Origin: Mitosporidium daphniae
Lineage: Eukaryota
Direction of reading: 5' to 3'
Assembly: GCF_000760515.2 (NCBI RefSeq)
Contig: NW_013546578.1
Span: forward strand, 1 to 48,884
Length of the DNA stretch: 48,884 bases
The first letter of the stretch is position 1. Each line of letters begins with the position of its first letter. The notes beneath the pieces were generated by a model that did no database searches, was not told the DNA's origin, and saw nothing but the letters and a program-made list of their open reading frames with translations. Shown piece by piece: positions 22,816-34,045 of the stretch. Position numbers and translations under genes: made by a program.

Positions 22816-24956
22816 ATGGAAGTTGGATATCGTATGTAGCTGGGTGTTATTATTCCATCATAGGCGAATATTCTTCTCCAGCAACGGGTACCGTTCCAGA
22901 CTCTCCTGTTGAAACGCTCTATGAAAACTTTGAATTTGGCTGTAAACGGGACCCGGATGCGCCCTGTTTGGGGCGTCGAAAGCCTCTGCAAGGGGGCGGT
23001 TCCTTTGCCGATAAATACTCGTGGCTTAGTTATGCTCAGGTGCAGGAGTTGCGAAATGCCGTGGGCTCCTATTTGAGGCAAGAACATTTTTCCACGGTTC
23101 GTTCGGAGCTTAAATCGGTTGGCCTGTATTCTATCAACCGACCTGAATGGGTCATTGTAGAGCAGGCTTGCAATGCATACTCCTTAGTGTCGGTCGCGCT
23201 TTGTACGCATTTTGTGTGGCTAATACGCGATAGATGACACGCTCGGCCGGGAGACAATTTCTTACGTAATTAACCACTCGTCGCTTTCAATTGTCTTTAC
23301 GACAAGAGACAAGCTGGCCAATCTTCTTTCCATTTCCAAAGAAACGTCCTGCTTGAAGACCATCGTGTGCATGGACAATGATGTCGATGGTGACAATCAG
23401 GGTGAACCTGCACGTGGTGATGGCAACGAAAAACCCCGAAAGCGATATGACGCAACTTCGTTCGATTCTCTTGCTTCTCAATGGGCCTCAGATAGAAAGG
23501 TCAAGTTGGTACCATGGTCCAGTGTCGTTTGCAAGGGCAGAAAAAATCCGCTGCCCTGTGTCCCTCCACGCCCCTCCGACCTGGCCTCGATTTGCTATAC
23601 TTCCGGAACAACGGGAACCCCCAAAGGAGCTATACTTTCACACTCGTACCCATAGCTTTGTGATGGCGCTTTAGAAATTATGTAGCTGCGATTCCTTGTT
23701 TGTTGTCGCTCGGGGTTGAATTAAATTCGGGCGATGCTCATATCTCATATCTTCCACTTGCACATTGCTTTGAGAGGCTGGTGCAAGTAGCCGTGGTCTT
23801 TTTGGGAGGAGCCATTGGATTCTATTCAGGAGATGGTAGCGATTTCCTTGATCATACTAATGATAATAGTTACACGCATCGCAGAGGATATGAAGATCTT
23901 GCGGCCTATCATCTTCATTAGCGTTCCCAGGCTTTTGAACAAGATTTACTCAAGGCTGCTCTTTGAAACACTGAATGCTCCAGGCGTCCGAGGATTTCTT
24001 TTCAGACGAGCCTTTTTATCAAAAAGAAGAAATTTTGAAGCCTCCGGGGCACTTTGCCACTCGTTCTGGGATGCGCTTTTGTTTTCAAAGATTGCATCTG
24101 TTTTTGGGGGCAGAATCAAATATGTCATTTGCGGCTCAGCACCCATCAATCCAACCGTTTTGCAATTTCTTCGCGTTGTGCTTTCCGCCCAAGTGTTTGA
24201 GGGATATGGCGCCACGGAAAGCTCTGCGTGTGGATCAATTACGACCGAGGGCGATCCATTATGTGGCTCAGTTGGATTTGCCACCATAGGGGGCAAGATC
24301 CGTCTCGTAGATGTGCCAGAGTTGAACTATAGCGTCGCCGATAGTCCCCAACCGAGGGGCGAGATCCTTATCAGTGGCCCCTTTGTATTCAGTGGATATT
24401 ACAAGGATGACAACATGACAGCATCTACGCTTACCCCTGATGGCTGGCTGCAAACTGGTGATATCGGCACCGTTGACCGCGATGGACGACTCTATGTTAT
24501 TGATAGAAAGAAGCATGTATTCAAATTGGCCCAAGGCGAATATATCGCGCCGGAAAAACTGGAAAAAGTCTATTCAGAGTCGCGGTTTATCAATCAGATC
24601 TTTGTTGATGGCGATTCTCTTTTCTCATTCATCGTCGCAGTGGTGGTTCCTGAGGCAGATTACATTGATCCGGTGATATATCAAGACAAGAAGAAATTGG
24701 AGCGCTTCTTGTTGGAGGAGTTGAACTCGATTGCTGTGGCGCAGGGGCTTCTCAAGTAACCAGAGAAATTAACTTTAGATTTGAATTTGTTCAAAAGATA
24801 TACGTCGAAAAGGAGCCATTCTCCATCGAAAACGACCTGTTGACACCGACCATGAAGATCAAGCGACATGTAGCCAAGCAGCGGTATGCCGATGTCATCT
24901 CTGCCATGTATACATCCAAGAAGCTCGGTCTTCCCGCACTGGACCCGCATCTGTAA
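22816..24956 (+). CDS. Long-chain acyl-CoA synthetase (ACSL/Faa2/LACS type), multi-exon
   Basis: YSINRPEW, ICYTSGTTGTPKGA, SYLPLAHCFER, EGYGATE, GWLQTGDIG, IDRKKHVFKLAQGEYIAPEKLE, LLTPTMKIKR; about 5 short introns (e.g. 23646-23674, 24756-24778). Confidence 0.93.
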
Positions 24957-25089
24957 GGAGGCTTATTACACGCTGATTGATCAATAAAGAGGAAAAATTG
25001 GGAGGCAAGCAATAAAAGCATAAAATCCTGAGCGCTGGCTGGGGGTTAGCAAGCCATGCGGGTTGTTAAATTTGGGTTCCGCCTAGAAT

Positions 25090-27576
25090 TCAGATTGGCG
25101 CCACACCACGGCATTGTTGTGGTGCAGCCGCATATCCGAGAAGAGCGAAGCTAAAGGACGCAGTTCCAGAGCTGATTGATCTCAGATGAGAAGAATAGGA
25201 TGAAAGAGCTGCGAGCGGAGCCTCTGCCTCAATGATGCAATATGTAAGGGGGGAGGAGGAGAAGCTATCAATGGGATTTTTTTGCGACGCACTTTCCCCA
25301 AAAGTCGATCCACTGATTTTGTCTCCACGCGTCTCATCAGTGACGGAAAGAATCGTTCCGCGGCGAGAAGACGAACTTAGATCTCCAAGGATACTTCCAG
25401 AGTGCTCTCTTGGCGTCCTGATGCGGAGCGCCATAATAGGCTCGAAAATAGATGTTTTAGTGTTGAGTGCCTCTCTAATGGCGTCAGAGAGCGCTGCTCG
25501 GATGGCGGGGCGAGTGGTGTCGACAAAGAGCTCAAGTCTCTCTATGGTCACATGGAGGCCGATCATTGGGAAGCTTTCCAGAGGCCCATTTGTGAGGACG
25601 ATTTCCACATGCTCCCTAAGATCCTCTTGCAGCTCAACAGATGAGATGTTGAAAATGTTAAGGGTCATCTGCTCGTCAACAAAGTGCGCTCCAAATGAGA
25701 CCTTATTTGCTGTTTCCACAATGAGATCCTGGCGAGGAGCGTGTTGCGCCACGTCAGAGCCACGATCACCATCAAAGGCGGTATCGGTACAGGGATTAGG
25801 TAAACTATCGAGCGACGATCCCCCAAAGATTCGTAAATTTACACCGGCATGCAGTCGCTTTCCAAATATTTCTCGATCCACAACATGTGAATGTTGAAAA
25901 AGGCTTCCTCTGCCGATAGATTCCTTGTAAGCGATATTGACAGGGCCCAAGCGCACCTTGCTAGATTTGCATTCTCGTAGCAGGCGGTTTGAGATTATCT
26001 CAAGATGGAGCTCGCCCATTCCAGAGATTATCATTTGCCCGGACTCTTTGTTCTTTTCATATTTGAAGGAGGGGTCTTCCAGCCCCAATTTTGCCATCGC
26101 CGTCTGAAGGAATTCTTCATCAGTCTCATTTTCTGTCCAAATGGAGCGGAAGAAAACAGGTTCAGGGATCTTGATCCCAGGCAGGCAGTATCGCTCAACG
26201 CTGGCTTCTGGATATGAAGCGGATGCCTTGGACGGGCTGGCGGTCGAATGTGTTCGCTTAACAAACTCAACTTCAGAGACAGGAAGTAACAGAGTATCTC
26301 CTGTGGTTGTTGCACGAAGTCCGAGCAGAACAGCAATATTTCCAAAGGACACAATTTGGATCTCGTGGCTCTCTCCGGAGGTCATGTGGAGGATCTTTGA
26401 AATTCGCTCTCGAAGGCCACCCTTAGAGGCATTGATAACATTCGATTTGGCACGCATATGGCCATGATATACTCGCACAAAAGCCATAGGCCCTTTCCGC
26501 TCGTCCACGACCATTTTGAAAACGAGAGCAACCCCTTGGATCGAGTTGGCATCCACAGGCCAGCTGAGCGGTGCTGGTGCGGGTAAGTATCGTGTAATTG
26601 CATCAAGAAGCGGCTCAATGCCCCAATTGCGCAGAGAAGCACCATACAGAACGGGGTGCAACTTTCCACTATTCGTTAGTCCGCATATGCACTTCATCAG
26701 CAGCGGTGCGGGGAAGGTTTCTCCCTGGGCTGAATGTTCAAAAAAGGTCTCGAGAATCTCGTCATCATCACTGCGCTCCGCTACTGCTTCAACAAGGGAG
26801 AGTCTGGCCGAGATAATGGCATCCAAAGGTGCTCTGGCGTTCGAACGAAAGAAAGGATCTGCGCTCCAATGCTCAAAAGGCAGCATAAGGTTGTGGTGCA
26901 CGTCTGACTCGTGTCTGGTGATCAAGTCAAGGGTAGCCAAATCGACTAGCCAAGGCATCTTACCAAAGAGCGAGGTTTCGCATTCATTAAAGGCCGCTGC
27001 GAGCGGCCGTACCTCAAAAAAAGCCTTCTGTATTGGCCGGGCATTACTGGAAGCAAGGCGGAGGCCGATTTGGGTAAATATTTTAGATAGGCAAAAGCCC
27101 TCGCGATCTGTTTTGTTGATAAAAATGATACGCGGTAAGTGATGGCTATTCGCCTGGAACCAGACAGTCTCTGTCTGGGCCTCCACACCAGAGACGGCAT
27201 CGATGATGGCGACAGCCCCATCGAGGACGCGGAGCGAGCGTTCCACTTCCACTGAAAAGTCGACATGACCTGGGGTATCGATAAGATTGATCCTATGACC
27301 GCCACGCCAGGGGAACGAAATTGTGGCAGACGAAATTGTGATGCCACGCTCGCGCTCATCTTTAAGAAAGTCCATAACCGTATTGCCAGTATCGACGTTG
27401 CCGGGCTGTTCGATGATTTGTGCCGCAAAAAGCATTCGTTCTGTCGTTGTGGTTTTCCCAGCATCGATATGGGCGATGATGCCGATATTGCGCGTTTTCT
27501 CAGCAGAAATGGTATTGGAAAGGATGGGGTGCAGAGCGCTCATGGCGAACCCACGGCGCAAAATCCCAAAGACCAT
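25090..27576 (-). CDS. MEF2: Mitochondrial ribosome-recycling factor EF-G2mt
   Basis: RNIGIIAHIDAGKTTTTERML, GNVDTGNTVMDF, ERERGITI, NLIDTPGHVDF, SGMGELHLEI; presequence-like MVFGILRRGF from ATG 27576. Confidence 0.85.
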   Translation of the reverse strand: MVFGILRRGFAMSALHPILSNTISAEKTRNIGIIAHIDAGKTTTTERMLFAAQIIEQPGNVDTGNTVMDFLKDERERGITISSATISFPWRGGHRINLIDTPGHVDFSVEVERSLRVLDGAVAIIDAVSGVEAQTETVWFQANSHHLPRIIFINKTDREGFCLSKIFTQIGLRLASSNARPIQKAFFEVRPLAAAFNECETSLFGKMPWLVDLATLDLITRHESDVHHNLMLPFEHWSADPFFRSNARAPLDAIISARLSLVEAVAERSDDDEILETFFEHSAQGETFPAPLLMKCICGLTNSGKLHPVLYGASLRNWGIEPLLDAITRYLPAPAPLSWPVDANSIQGVALVFKMVVDERKGPMAFVRVYHGHMRAKSNVINASKGGLRERISKILHMTSGESHEIQIVSFGNIAVLLGLRATTTGDTLLLPVSEVEFVKRTHSTASPSKASASYPEASVERYCLPGIKIPEPVFFRSIWTENETDEEFLQTAMAKLGLEDPSFKYEKNKESGQMIISGMGELHLEIISNRLLRECKSSKVRLGPVNIAYKESIGRGSLFQHSHVVDREIFGKRLHAGVNLRIFGGSSLDSLPNPCTDTAFDGDRGSDVAQHAPRQDLIVETANKVSFGAHFVDEQMTLNIFNISSVELQEDLREHVEIVLTNGPLESFPMIGLHVTIERLELFVDTTRPAIRAALSDAIREALNTKTSIFEPIMALRIRTPREHSGSILGDLSSSSRRGTILSVTDETRGDKISGSTFGESASQKNPIDSFSSSPLTYCIIEAEAPLAALSSYSSHLRSISSGTASFSFALLGYAAAPQQCRGVAPI

Positions 27577-27699
27577 ATCAGAACCGTTCACACGGAAGAT
27601 GCAGAATGTTTTTCCGAAGAATCTGTTAACAAATGGATGGCAACATGTGGCACACGACATGAGCGTCTGTCAATATGCAGTTGCACAAAGTTAAATTTA

Positions 27700-28739
27700 A
27701 TGGCCATAGCCTCAACGCCATCGACATCGGTAATTGCCGCTGAACAGCGGCAATCATCTGTCCCGGAAACACCGCGCACTAGCGGTATTGTCATGGAGGC
27801 TCCAAGCATAGCCGAAAGGGCGCTTCGATTTTCAAAGGACTTTGCAGCCGGATGGATCGGCGGCATCGCTCAAGTGCTTGTGGGGCAGCCGTTTGACACG
27901 GTCAAGGTGTTACTCCAATCCTCGTCGCGAAGCTCTGCAGCCTCTGGAGGCACGATGCGTTTTACGCTTGATACCATCAAGAAGGAAGGCTTCGCCGGGC
28001 TGTACAGGGTAAATGCGTGCGAGCGTTTAATTTATAGGGAACCACGGTCCCGTTGTTCGGAATTGGGTTGTGTGTCTCTGTCCAGTTTGCGGCTTTGGAG
28101 CAAATGAAGAGGTTTTTCAGTGCAAATAGAATTTTGGGAGCCAATAGCGACAGCGGAAAAACGGCACAATTGTCACTTGGCCAAATGGCGGTCAGCGGCT
28201 GCGTGGCCGGGATTGCAAACACGGTCTTTTCCGGGCCCGTGGAGCACATCAGGATCAGGCTGCAGGCGCGTACAGAAAATTTTACCGGTGCCACCGATTG
28301 CATCAGGCGTATCTATGGCGGGGGTGGGCTGCGGGCCATATACCAGGGGCAGATTATGACGATGCTACGCGATGGCGTCGGTTTTGGCGCCTATTTCTTC
28401 TCATATGAGGCACTGGTGGCTCGACACCAGAATGCGACCAAGGTCGCACGCTCAAAAATAGAGACGTGGCGCCTTATGGCATATGGAGCGATCGCTGGCG
28501 TGTCCTTCTGGAGCGTTGCGTTTCCCTTTGACGTGATCAAAACGAAAATCCAAGTCGATTCCTATAAATTGGGAGAGAAAAGAAAATTTCCGACCGCACT
28601 AGCGTGCGCAAGACATATTTTTTCGACGGACGGGGTTTCTGGCTTCTTTAGGGGGTTCGTGCCTTGCTTTTTGCGCTCAGCACCTGTCAATGCGGCCACA
28701 TTTGTGGCGTTCGAATATGCAATGAGGGTTTTGAATTAA
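27700..28739 (+). CDS. Mitochondrial carrier, YMC1/YMC2 or carnitine-carrier-like (SLC25)
   Basis: Three PxDxxK/PxExxR repeats (GQPFDTVKV, GPVEHIRI, FPFDVIKT) and RSAPVNAATF; intron near 28009-28036. Confidence 0.9.
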
Positions 28740-28826
28740 AGTTTTAGGGTTAGCAGGGGATGATATCATTGTAGCGAATCGGTGGCATTTTAATTTAATT
28801 TTTCAAGCCTTTTATTTTTTATTTCC

Positions 28827-29240
28827 ATGCCTCCGGCCCTTGACCTCGGCCACCTCATGCTGATAGATGCGGAGAATTCATTCTCTCTAAATAGTATTGA
28901 AGGCGAGCGTCTTGCCCTCAAAACGGCAATTCGAAACTTTCAGCTGCTAAGCGACTCTTTATCCCAGCTCCCTAGATCAAACGAAGAGGAGATCGGCACT
29001 TCTGTGATGCTGCCAAATCCGATTCTTGCACTTCCAAGGGCATTTCCCGCACCCATTCCCAAGTCTGAAAAGCCACCGACCAAGTGGGAGGCTTTTGCAA
29101 AGAAAAAGGGCATAAAGCCAAAGCACAAGCGATCCTCGCACGTATTTGACGATAAAATTTCGAAAGAATGGAGGCCTCGACATGGGTCGAAAAGTGCAAA
29201 GAACGATGCCCTTGCCGACTGGGTGACCGAGCTCGACTGA
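28827..29240 (+). CDS. RRS1: Ribosome biogenesis regulator Rrs1
   Basis: DLGHL, LPRAFPAP, PPTKWEAFAKKKGI, EWRPRHG. Confidence 0.9.
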   Translation: MPPALDLGHLMLIDAENSFSLNSIEGERLALKTAIRNFQLLSDSLSQLPRSNEEEIGTSVMLPNPILALPRAFPAPIPKSEKPPTKWEAFAKKKGIKPKHKRSSHVFDDKISKEWRPRHGSKSAKNDALADWVTELD

Positions 29241-29468
29241 ACAATAATTAAATTATGGCTTTGCAGATTTTGGCAATTTTTTGACCACAAAGGGAGGGAG
29301 GGGGGAGCACATAATGGGGTGTAAAAGCTGTCCACACTTGCAAGTTGGTACCTTAACGTAAAGTGATAGCATTGCGGACTTTTCAGCCCATCATCAACCC
29401 TAATCGGGCCCCAATCCCCTGGATATTTTTAATTGAAAAGAATTGAGGATATAAATATTTATGTTTAT

Positions 29469-30482
29469 TTAAAGCAGAAAACTCAGTAGCAGTTCCCTGA
29501 GTTTTCCAAAAATCAGAGATTTTCCCCAAAAATAGTCAACGATGCTCAAAAAAAGACATAGGGATAAGAAAAAAAATAAATTAAGATACACAGCACCAAA
29601 AGAGGACAACCGATTGGCGCTCCGGGTAGTTGATTCGGTCCAGTACAGAACTGCTGAAGAAAGCAGAAAGGGTCCAGCTTCTATTGTGTTTTTTGTAAAC
29701 TCTCTATCTGTAGAAAGGTAAAGAAGAAGATTTAGCGGAACAAGGAGAAAATATCGAACTTTGAGATTATAGAAATACCCTCGCCTTCGAACAAGAGAAA
29801 AGCCAAGGTTTTGAATAAAAATGGAGATGCTGAAATTGACGACAAATTTTAAAATGTGTTTCTTTAGTCCTTCAAGTGTTTCGAAAAGTAGATAATACCA
29901 TTCATTCAACAGGCAAGGAATAATGTATACAAAATATATCATTCCGGGGGCAATCAGGGTAATTACAGATGCAGCCATGTAAATGCCCTGGAAGAAAATC
30001 GATGGCGACAAATAATTCAAAGATAATTGACTTGTGCCACCGTTCTGGGCCTTTGAATCGGCTTGGGCGTCTTGTTGGCCCTGTGTGAAAAAGTTTCCGC
30101 TTTGCATATTTTTGGAAGGAAATTTGGAATAGAAAAGGTCGCTGATGCTGAAAATACAAAAGACAGCACTTAACGTGGCAACTGAGGCAAACAAAGCGGT
30201 TTCCCCCGTCGTCAAGTTTAGATTTTTGAATCCACTAGGAATTAATAGGCTGGATGCATTTAAAACGGCATCATTGGTTTGCGAAGCCGTATGCATAAGC
30301 AGCCTTTTCGCCGAGTCTAGATCTAGTGATGACAATGTCGATAATGCCGGTAACAGTGACAATGTTGATGCAGTGGACGCAGCTTGACGAGACACGTATT
30401 TTGGCATAAAAATCATTATACAAATCGAGGCCAACATGGCCGCACAGAAAACAGAAACCATAAGGACAAAGCTCGGCTTCAT
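29469..30482 (-). CDS. Hypothetical multi-pass membrane protein (337 aa)
   Basis: Long ORF with an N-terminal hydrophobic segment and about 6 further hydrophobic stretches; family not recognised. Confidence 0.6.
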   Translation of the reverse strand: MKPSFVLMVSVFCAAMLASICIMIFMPKYVSRQAASTASTLSLLPALSTLSSLDLDSAKRLLMHTASQTNDAVLNASSLLIPSGFKNLNLTTGETALFASVATLSAVFCIFSISDLFYSKFPSKNMQSGNFFTQGQQDAQADSKAQNGGTSQLSLNYLSPSIFFQGIYMAASVITLIAPGMIYFVYIIPCLLNEWYYLLFETLEGLKKHILKFVVNFSISIFIQNLGFSLVRRRGYFYNLKVRYFLLVPLNLLLYLSTDREFTKNTIEAGPFLLSSAVLYWTESTTRSANRLSSFGAVYLNLFFFLSLCLFLSIVDYFWGKSLIFGKLRELLLSFLL

Positions 30483-30633
30483 TAAATTGAAAAACCAATG
30501 CCATCATTGGCTGGGCTATAACATTCTATTTAAAATTTAAACATTTGAAACTGATCCACAAAAGCCTTTAAAATTTGGCGATTTTCCTATTTGTAGAAAT
30601 CAAATCCAAATCCAAATCCGCTTGCTCGTGGTG

Positions 30634-30859
30634 ATGTCTGTCTCTTCATTTAGATTTTATTCCCGGTTTGGACGAGATCTGTAAGTAAAAGCTATCAAAT
30701 GGCGTGATGCATAGGGCGCCTGTTCTTGGAGGCTGGTCGCTATGTGCAACGCTTGCCATGCTGTACTGGACAGAGAGAATCCCGATTTTCAGAAGACTGA
30801 TTTTTCAATACATCCCGCTTGGTCGATATGATGCAGATCGCAACTGCGATGAAGACTAA
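30634..30859 (+). CDS. QCR10: Cytochrome bc1 complex subunit 10 (Qcr10), 63 aa, 2 exons
   Basis: Exons 30634-30680 and 30715-30859 (GTAAGT...CATAG intron): MSVSSFRFYSRFGRDLAPVLGGWSLCATLAMLYWTERIPIFRRLIFQYIPLGRYDADRNCDED. Fits the fungal Qcr10 pattern PxLxxW...TExIPxFxxxIxxxIP. Confidence 0.78.
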
Positions 30860-30956
30860 TTCGCAATAAAGACCGTAAGCTCTCGTATCGATAATTTATT
30901 TAAATTATTTTCAAGATCCGTTCTCAAAGCAGGCACTGCTGATCATCCCTAGGCCC

Positions 30957-32761
30957 CTAGTCCTCCAAATCTCCCTCTTCACTGCTCAGATCAGGCCCCT
31001 CGCTGCTGCTGTCCATATCCAGAATGGATTCAGAGTCTGCAGAGAGGGAGCTATCTTCTGCAGAAGAAACCTGCAGATCAGCCTCATCTGCAATGCCATG
31101 TTTGGAAAACCCAACTACATATACGCCTTGAGAGGATGAAGGCAGCGAGGATGCAACATTCCATCGACCAAGCCTATGTTCTCTGGAAAGTGCTATGGCT
31201 ACAGCACAGCGTGAAAGAGCTTTCAAAGAAGCCTTTTCCGTTGATGCCGAAAAGATTGAGGCCGAATGCAGCCAAGAAATGGAGGATATAAAGCCATTCT
31301 CTGCAATTTGAATGCATTGAATTTGCTCGAAAGTACTGAAATCCGAGGAGCACTTCCATATTTTTAACGAGGCGCGTTCATCTCCGCTTGCAAAAATCGC
31401 AGAATGGGGGAGCGCCGCTAAGGAAGAGGGCCGATGCTCCAGCTTTGCAGAGAACGAAAATTTCTTTTTCGAGCTATTCCAAAGGAATAGCTCTTGGCTT
31501 TCGCTAGCCACAACAAAGGCAGATTCTGTCAGCATGCAAACAAGATCCAATGTTCCCGATTCAAGGGGAGCATTGAAGACCAAATGGGTCGAGTCCATGA
31601 CCTTCCAAAGGCGAGCCGAGCGATCTCGGCCCCCAACACTCATGCAGCGTTCTTTGGAAAGAACACAAAGGTCCACTGGGGATTCCTGATGTCCAAATAG
31701 GGTGTCCACGTAGGCCAAATTTATTGATGCCTTTTCTTTATCTTGCTGGGCCTCGTTGGGATCATAGCTGAATTGCCAAATTTTGAGCGCTCTGTCGGTT
31801 GAGATGGAATAAAGATCGCTTTGAACAAGCCCAGAGCTGCTATTTGTAGTTGCCAAACGAAAACAAAGCCCAGTGATCGGGCCTCTATGATGGCGAAGAG
31901 CTCGAAGATATGAGCCCGAAGAAAGACTCCAAACGTGAATAATGGCATCCAGGCCACCACCGACCAAAAACTCACCATCTGGGGACACCGCAATTGCCTG
32001 AAGACCGAGGGCTTTTTTGGCATTGCAAGTGAAAGATTTCGTTGATGATATGCCTCTTAGGTCTTCGGTCAGAGTCCACTGAAAGATGCCCTTGCATTTT
32101 TTAGTGGCACCGAAAATGGACCTCGATGGGGAGTGGGTGCAAACCGCACTGGGCGGCCCATTCAGCAGGGACTGTCCTCCAGCGAGCCGTTTCTGGCCAA
32201 ACAACACCGAACATGCGGTATTTTCACGTGAAACCTAAGGTTTTCAAAATACGGCCATACATAAGTTCCGATGGGGGAAAACTTTTTTCCTTCCTTGAAA
32301 ATGGCGTCCTTAATGAGGCGCTGGGAGATTATATCGCGGTCAATTTCTTGAGCATCTATTTCACCCTCTGATTGTTCAGATGAGGATGAATTATCTCTTG
32401 AGCTTTCGTCAAGATCTTCCTCTTGCTTTGAAATGGATTCTACACGGGGTTAAAAAGATGCCTTACTGATATATTTTTTGGCGAGTTTGATGCGGCTTGT
32501 CGCATCATCCAGATTCTCATCTTGAGAGAGGGAATCGCCATCGCTTGCTTCGGAGGATGAGGATGAGGACGAGGATGCTTCTTTAGGTAAGGCAAAAGGA
32601 GCTATGCTGATGCTCGGTTTAGAATGCACCTTCTGTATAATTTTTGACGTCTTCATATTCTTAAGGCTTTTAAAGCTATTATTCGGCCGCTTGGCGGCCA
32701 CAGTGGCATTGGATGCCGTCAATTTTCGCCTGGACGAAACAGAAAAAAATGGGTCGTTCAT
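30957..32761 (-). CDS. RRP9: U3 snoRNP WD40 protein Rrp9 (U3-55K), 3 exons
   Basis: MNDPFF start, RIKLAKKYI, DAQEIDRDIISQRL, YVDTLFGHQ, SVGGRDRSARLWK, REHRLGRW; two short introns. Confidence 0.92.
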
Positions 32762-32827
32762 GGTTTGGCTGCAGAAGAAATTAAAAAATTTATTAAATCA
32801 AAATTTACACAATTACAATCTGATCAG

Positions 32828-33819
32828 ATGCTCGCCGGAAAAACCATTTTGATGTACGAGCCTTTTCCCTTTGACTGCATTTCATAGTACTGGAAGTTCG
32901 TCTGGCATCGGGGCTGCGTGTGCAAGTGCCTTTGCGGCAGAGGGCTGTAAATTGGTTGGGCGGTCTCCATGCTTATCATAGATTCTTTGTGCAAGACGGC
33001 TTGTAAAGCTGGAAATTGTGAGGGAGCAAATCCTTTCTGCACATCCAAGCGCCTGCATTCTGATTTTGAAGCTCGACGTGTCGGATGCCAAAGAGGTGCG
33101 TAGTGTCCTTTCCTCGCTTCCGCCCGATTTCGGCGACATCGATATTTTGATAAACAATGCAGGTTTGCATAGATGGCTCAATCAAAGGACTTGCCATTGG
33201 CGTGGAGCAGATCTCTGAAAACATCACAGACGAAATGATCGATTCGATGCTGGATACAAATGTCAAAGGCGTGCTGTACGTGACCAGGGAAATTTTGCCG
33301 AAAATGCTGCAAAGCGGTCGCAACGGCCATATCATCATGATCGGGTCGATTGCAGGAGTCGAAGCATATTCTCGCGGGTCAATCTATTGCGCCTCCAAGC
33401 ACGCACTGAATGCGATATCCGAGTCTCTGCGGAAGGAACTCATTTCCACCCCGATTCGGGTCACCGAAATCCAGCCTGGTAAGCATTTGCTACGCAAGTT
33501 CGATTTTCTTTTTTTGAGCACCTTTGCATGGGGCGAGCTTTGCGAATGGCAGGCTTTTTGACAGCTTTTACACCCAACGTTGTTTTTACTGATTTCGATT
33601 TTAGGTCTTGTGGAGACAGAGTTTTCTCTTGTTCGTTATGGTGGGGATGTACATGCAGCCAAAAGAGTCTACAACGGCATTGAAGCTCTTTCTGCCAACG
33701 ATGTCGCAGAGGTAGTTCTTTTCGCTGCCACCAGACCAAAACATGTTCAAATTGCCACCGTCAAACTACTGCCCACAAACCAAGCAAGCGTTTTTGAGGT
33801 GTCCCGTACAAAAAATTAA
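32828..33819 (+). CDS. NADP-dependent short-chain dehydrogenase (YMR226C/YdfG family), 4 exons
   Basis: ITGSSSGIG, DILINNAGLA, GSIAG, YCASKHA, IQPGLVETEFS; introns include a 126-nt one at 33479-33604. Confidence 0.92.
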
Positions 33820-34045
33820 AATTTCAAATGGCCACACGGCCTATCATGTCAATGACGCGATGTGTGTCAATAACAACAGTGCGAAACTGACCGCCATTAC
33901 ACGGTACCACTTGGGATCGTGTAATTTCAGAAACATCGATGTCAGCAAAGAGCCGGTCTATTACGGTACAACATATGCAGTGCAAGCGCGTTGCCGCTAC
34001 ACACTTCAGTACATGAGATGGATGCTTTAGAATATATTGAAATAA

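Noticed and set aside
25090..27576. Intronless EF-G-like gene as bacterial HGT or contamination
   Set aside because: It has EF-G2mt features (GNTVMDF, divergent domains IV-V, N-terminal presequence) and sits among intron-containing genes; other native genes here are also intronless
29274..29284. AATTTTTTGA as an Sm site of an snRNA
   Set aside because: No U1, U2, U4 or U5 conserved elements nearby; such words are common in AT-rich spacers
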